A stretch of 56,642 bases of DNA, filler included, from Stramenopiles sp. TOSAG23-3 (Eukaryota), in the NCBI GenBank assembly GCA_900128585.1. It is 6 parts of 6 records of this genome, joined end to end, with 100 filler letters (N's around TTAATTAATTAA, not from the genome) between each part and the next. Parts side by side here need not be neighbours in the genome. Positions count along the whole stretch, not along the records: positions 52,819 to 54,681 come from LT645309.1; positions 54,782 to 56,642 come from LT645310.1; 4 more parts are not named here. One strand, given 5' to 3'. The translations under genes and the position numbers were made by a program. Below are positions 53,186 through 56,642 of the stretch, one piece after another. Within the stretch, counting starts at the first letter, position 1, and every line of letters begins with the position of its first letter. The notes beneath the pieces were generated by a model that was given only the letters and a program-made list of their open reading frames with translations, was not told where the DNA came from and ran no database searches.

Positions 53186-53456
53186 GAGACCAGAAGAGAA
53201 CAGCTGCCCCTTTCCCTCCATCATACATGTTTATAAAATCAAAATGCCACACATGGGGTTCAATTTTTTTCTTTTGGTATAATATAGTTTTTAAAATGTT
53301 CTGATAACCTTTAAAAATGTATTAATGCCTTATGATACTATAATTAAGATAAGTATCATAACTTATTTTCTCTATTTATCATAAGCATAGCTATCTTACA
53401 AATATTAACACGCGCGCGCGTTTATAATACTACGAATAAAAATTAATTTGAGTCAT

Positions 53457-53846
53457 TTACATGTACGCAAAGGCGGCCCCTCCGATTAACAGCAACGCGC
53501 CCAATATCATTAATGGGTTCGTTCCATCCCCGCCTGCACCGCTGGAGCTTTTGCTATTCAGCTCTTCGGTGTCGTCGTCGTGAAGGACTCCTACACGGTG
53601 GGACACCAACTCTTCCATAGCACTTGCAGAGTGCCCAATCTCGTTGAATTCTTCAGTGGCATCTGTCCCTGAGTTGTCGCGCATAATTTCATCGCCTCCT
53701 GGATGGTCGATCGAATATTCAGTGACGTCATATACATAGTACTTGTTATCTTTTTCACTTTTGATAGCGAAGACTATTTTACCTTCGTGGCTTTCCTCTT
53801 CGGAGCCTTTGTATTTCTCCAAATCTTTGAACCTGTACGTTTTCAT
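53457..53846 (-). CDS. Cytochrome b5 (tail-anchored)
   Basis: VYDVTEY..DHPGG…[12 protein letters not shown], with a C-terminal TM segment. Confidence 0.93.
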   Translation of the reverse strand: MKTYRFKDLEKYKGSEEESHEGKIVFAIKSEKDNKYYVYDVTEYSIDHPGGDEIMRDNSGTDATEEFNEIGHSASAMEELVSHRVGVLHDDDTEELNSKSSSGAGGDGTNPLMILGALLLIGGAAFAYM

Positions 53847-54681
53847 GGTGCCTGTATATTGGTTGTTTCTGTAATTTTACTTAGAAATACTTTTTGTTTA
53901 CTGAAATGTATATATATGTGTGTGTGAATCCAGCGTTTCTCTCCTTCATCAAACGAAAAATAGATAGATAAAAATGAAACAATCCAATACGAGTGCATAA
54001 GTCTCTTTCCCTCATTCGTTTTTTTTGGAAGAGAATTTTAAATTCTCTTATTATTATTATTATTTATTTTTTTTCTTCCTTCTTCTTCTTCTTCTTCTTC
54101 TTTTCTTCTTTTGTGGTAAGTTGGAGGTAGTTAATTATTTACAGTACCGTAGTAGTATAATAGAAGGTAAAAAAGGAGATGAATTAATTGTTTTGATGTT
54201 GTTGTTCTTGTTGTCTGTTGTTATTATACTTAAAATTCTGTTTTTTATTTTTTCCATGTAGTAGTTCGTGATTCCAAATTGATTGCGTTTTGCTTGCTTT
54301 GTTAATACGTTGATTCTTATTACTCTTTCTGTACCAAAAAATCCAATGCTAATCAGTTGTTAATCCTCGTAGTTAATGTGTATTATAAGTATAAGTATAA
54401 TAATTGTGGTGAATAGAAGGAGCAAACAAAGGAAAAGCAAATTGGTTTGTTTCAATTGATGACGTAGTTGGTAAAGGAAACTGTCCTCGTAAATAATACA
54501 AAAGTACGTATACTAAATACAATTAATTGTATATTTGATAGGGGAAATAAATTGATGCGGACGTATTCTATTTTACGTTATACAGCAGCTATGTAGGTAC
54601 CATTTTTAAAATTAATGACATTATTAGTCTAGTCTCTAACACATTTTAAAATTATAATAATAAATAGATTGATTATAAATT

Positions 54682-54781
54682 NNNNNNNNNNNNNNNNNNN
54701 NNNNNNNNNNNNNNNNNNNNNNNNNTTAATTAATTAANNNNNNNNNNNNNNNNNNNNNNNNNNNNNNNNNNNNNNNNNNNN
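54682..54781. other. Artificial contig linker
   Basis: 44N-TTAATTAATTAA-44N. Confidence 0.95.
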
Positions 54782-54828
54782 TTTCTTTTTCTGTTTTAAA
54801 AACTTGATTCTTACTGCCATCTCAGATC

Positions 54829-56283
54829 TCAGGCCTCCTGCTGCTGCGCTGCGTATACATCGTAAGCAGCAATCGCTTGGTCAGGGTTTTCCTTGGCATA
54901 ATTGTACCCCATAGTAGCCCCCTTCTTTGCGAGGTCTGGGTTGTTTTTGGCGAAAGTCAGGGCTGCGGCTCCAACTGTTGCAGCACCCTGGCTAGAGCCG
55001 CCGGTCCCTGCGCTTGAATCTAACCGAGGGTTCGCGTACCCCCCACCTCCACTTGTACTCTCTAAATGCATGTAAACTTCCCTTAGCTCGTCATACAGGG
55101 GCTTAGCAGCAATTGGGGGCGGGATCGTCCCGTTCAACAGGTCTTTTGGTGACGCTTGAAAGCCGTAAAACTTTCGATTCAAACTATTCCGGGTTCGAAT
55201 TCCCCCAAACTCAAAGGCGACGCCTGCGTACGCCCCCTTTGAGCGTGCGTATGTATATACGTGAGACACCTTCTTCCCCTTCCTTCCTAAATGTACATCT
55301 GCTTCTACTTTTCTACCAATACCCAGCGAAATTCCGGCGGTCGCACCGAGTCTTCCAACAGACCCCGTACCTGTGAACGCATCCACCGCTGCCTGCGTTG
55401 TGAGCACGATAATAAAGTCCGTCAGGTCTCCACCTATTTGGGCACCCCAGCTCATACCAAATGTCCCAATTGCAGATGGCGCTGACCACTCACCATTTGG
55501 AAGCCTCGATAAAACAAGCCCAGTGCCCGCGCGCCCTGCTACAATAAACCCGCCTTTGATGACCGTGATGAAGGCCAGGCCTTTGGCATTGGTCAACACC
55601 TTTTCCATTATTGAACGGTCTTTTTGGCCATGGAAACAGTTGCGCAAGGCATACGCAGCTTTGCGAATTTCTCCTGACAGAGACCGTTTGTACGGTGCGT
55701 TCAGATGCCTGTGGTAGCTAGCGGGGTCGTACTGACAATTTTCCCGGTTTTGCAGGCTAATAGTCGCAATCAACTCTTGCTGAAGCGGCTGTATCGTATC
55801 GTGACAAGCGTCGCACACACGCCCAGGTTTCCTAAGCTCAAACGCTTTAGGCAACATGCTCCGCTGGGCCGTGCACTCCCCACAGAAAATATAACCACAC
55901 AGCCTGCAGTGATGTTTCCTTCGCAACCAATCAAATGGCCGGGCGCACGCATAGCATGTGGAGGACGACTTGTCGGGAACCCAAGTTGGCGGAGCCATTA
56001 GCCTCAACCTCTCCATGCCGTGGCCGTCGTTGTCGGAAAGCCTTCGGTGGATTTCCTTCATGTCTTCTTGGTATTTTTTGACATCCGGCTTAGCCGCATC
56101 GATTGCTGCCAGATCGTTCAACCGTTTCTTCTCTTTCTCAACTTCTTGCGCTTCCGCGAACATACGAGATACATTGTCCTGCACAGTATTCTCATAACGG
56201 TCCACCGAAACTGAGCGGTCGTAGTCAGACCTCACGGTTTTCGCCCGCTGTGCTTTGGTCCCAGTTTTTTCCCAAGACTGCAT
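54829..56283 (-). CDS. FYVE + SYLF (Ysc84/DUF500) domain protein
   Basis: The FYVE domain reads WVPD…CYAC…RRKHHCRLCG.IFC..C…RVCDAC. The SYLF domain reads AKGLAFITVIKGGF…GTGLVLSR…WSAPSAI…WGAQIGG.LTDF. Confidence 0.92.
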   Translation of the reverse strand: MQSWEKTGTKAQRAKTVRSDYDRSVSVDRYENTVQDNVSRMFAEAQEVEKEKKRLNDLAAIDAAKPDVKKYQEDMKEIHRRLSDNDGHGMERLRLMAPPTWVPDKSSSTCYACARPFDWLRRKHHCRLCGYIFCGECTAQRSMLPKAFELRKPGRVCDACHDTIQPLQQELIATISLQNRENCQYDPASYHRHLNAPYKRSLSGEIRKAAYALRNCFHGQKDRSIMEKVLTNAKGLAFITVIKGGFIVAGRAGTGLVLSRLPNGEWSAPSAIGTFGMSWGAQIGGDLTDFIIVLTTQAAVDAFTGTGSVGRLGATAGISLGIGRKVEADVHLGRKGKKVSHVYTYARSKGAYAGVAFEFGGIRTRNSLNRKFYGFQASPKDLLNGTIPPPIAAKPLYDELREVYMHLESTSGGGGYANPRLDSSAGTGGSSQGAATVGAAALTFAKNNPDLAKKGATMGYNYAKENPDQAIAAYDVYAAQQQEA

Positions 56284-56642
56284 CGGCTTCTTGAACAGTT
56301 AAAGTGGTGTCGGTAAAATGTTATTGTTCAATACTAAATTTCAAACCTCTTTAATCGTTGACCTTGTCGTGTTATCTACCATCGGTCTTCATTCTTTGTT
56401 TTGTCATTCTGTGACAACAAATGCATTCAAGTAAAAGAGTCATCCTGGACATGATGAAAAAAAGTAGTTGTAAAGAAGTGTATTATTATTTTATGGCAAA
56501 AAAAAAGTTTGTTGTTGGGTATTATTGTATATTACGGTACAGGTGTATAGCAACAGGAAAAGGAGAAAAAGAAATAAGAAGAATATAAGGAGGAGGGTGA
56601 ATATAATATAATTAAGGTTTATCATATATTAAATATTAAAAT

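Noticed and set aside
16872-54781. TTAATTAATTAA repeated five times
   Set aside because: It is always centred in 44+44 Ns, so it is an artificial six-frame-stop linker. Gene neighbourhoods across these points carry no meaning.
1-56642. Alternative genetic code or stop-codon reassignment; tRNA/rRNA genes
   Set aside because: Conserved genes translate cleanly with the standard code and end in TAA, TAG or TGA. No tRNA cloverleaf or rRNA-like sequence was recognised by eye.

Overview
This is nuclear DNA from a gene-dense, intron-poor microbial eukaryote. The gene content looks like a heterotrophic marine stramenopile (inference). GC-richer CDSs alternate with very AT-rich, microsatellite-rich intergenic spacers. 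The window is not one continuous molecule: five 100-nt linkers (44 N + TTAATTAATTAA + 44 N) join at least six separate contigs or scaffolds, and there are two further N gaps. About 30 genes or gene fragments are recognisable, including a GH20 hexosaminidase, RCL1, UTP7/WDR46, a CaMK-like kinase, a mitochondrial carrier, tomosyn, an HpcH aldolase, a histidine phosphatase, YJU2, SPC24, SLC35B, ASD, an ArfGAP, cytochrome b5 and a FYVE-SYLF protein. Only two introns are evident. The most notable observations are: (1) a modular dispersed repeat family (TAAATAACAGCCAATTTTCTTGTTTTT, plus a TTAGGATTAGGG-containing module) seen only in gene 3' flanks, which forms inverted pairs and one 421-bp element with terminal inverted repeats; (2) an ARM-repeat protein fused to a caspase-like domain lacking its catalytic residues; (3) a tomosyn ending in a CaaX box; (4) a surface Kelch propeller with a homogenised framework and variable loops, head-to-head with a U-box/Sel1 gene; (5) recurrent GGTACC/ACCGGT palindrome clusters in intergenic DNA; (6) four frameshifted genes, one clearly and one probably missing conserved sequence.
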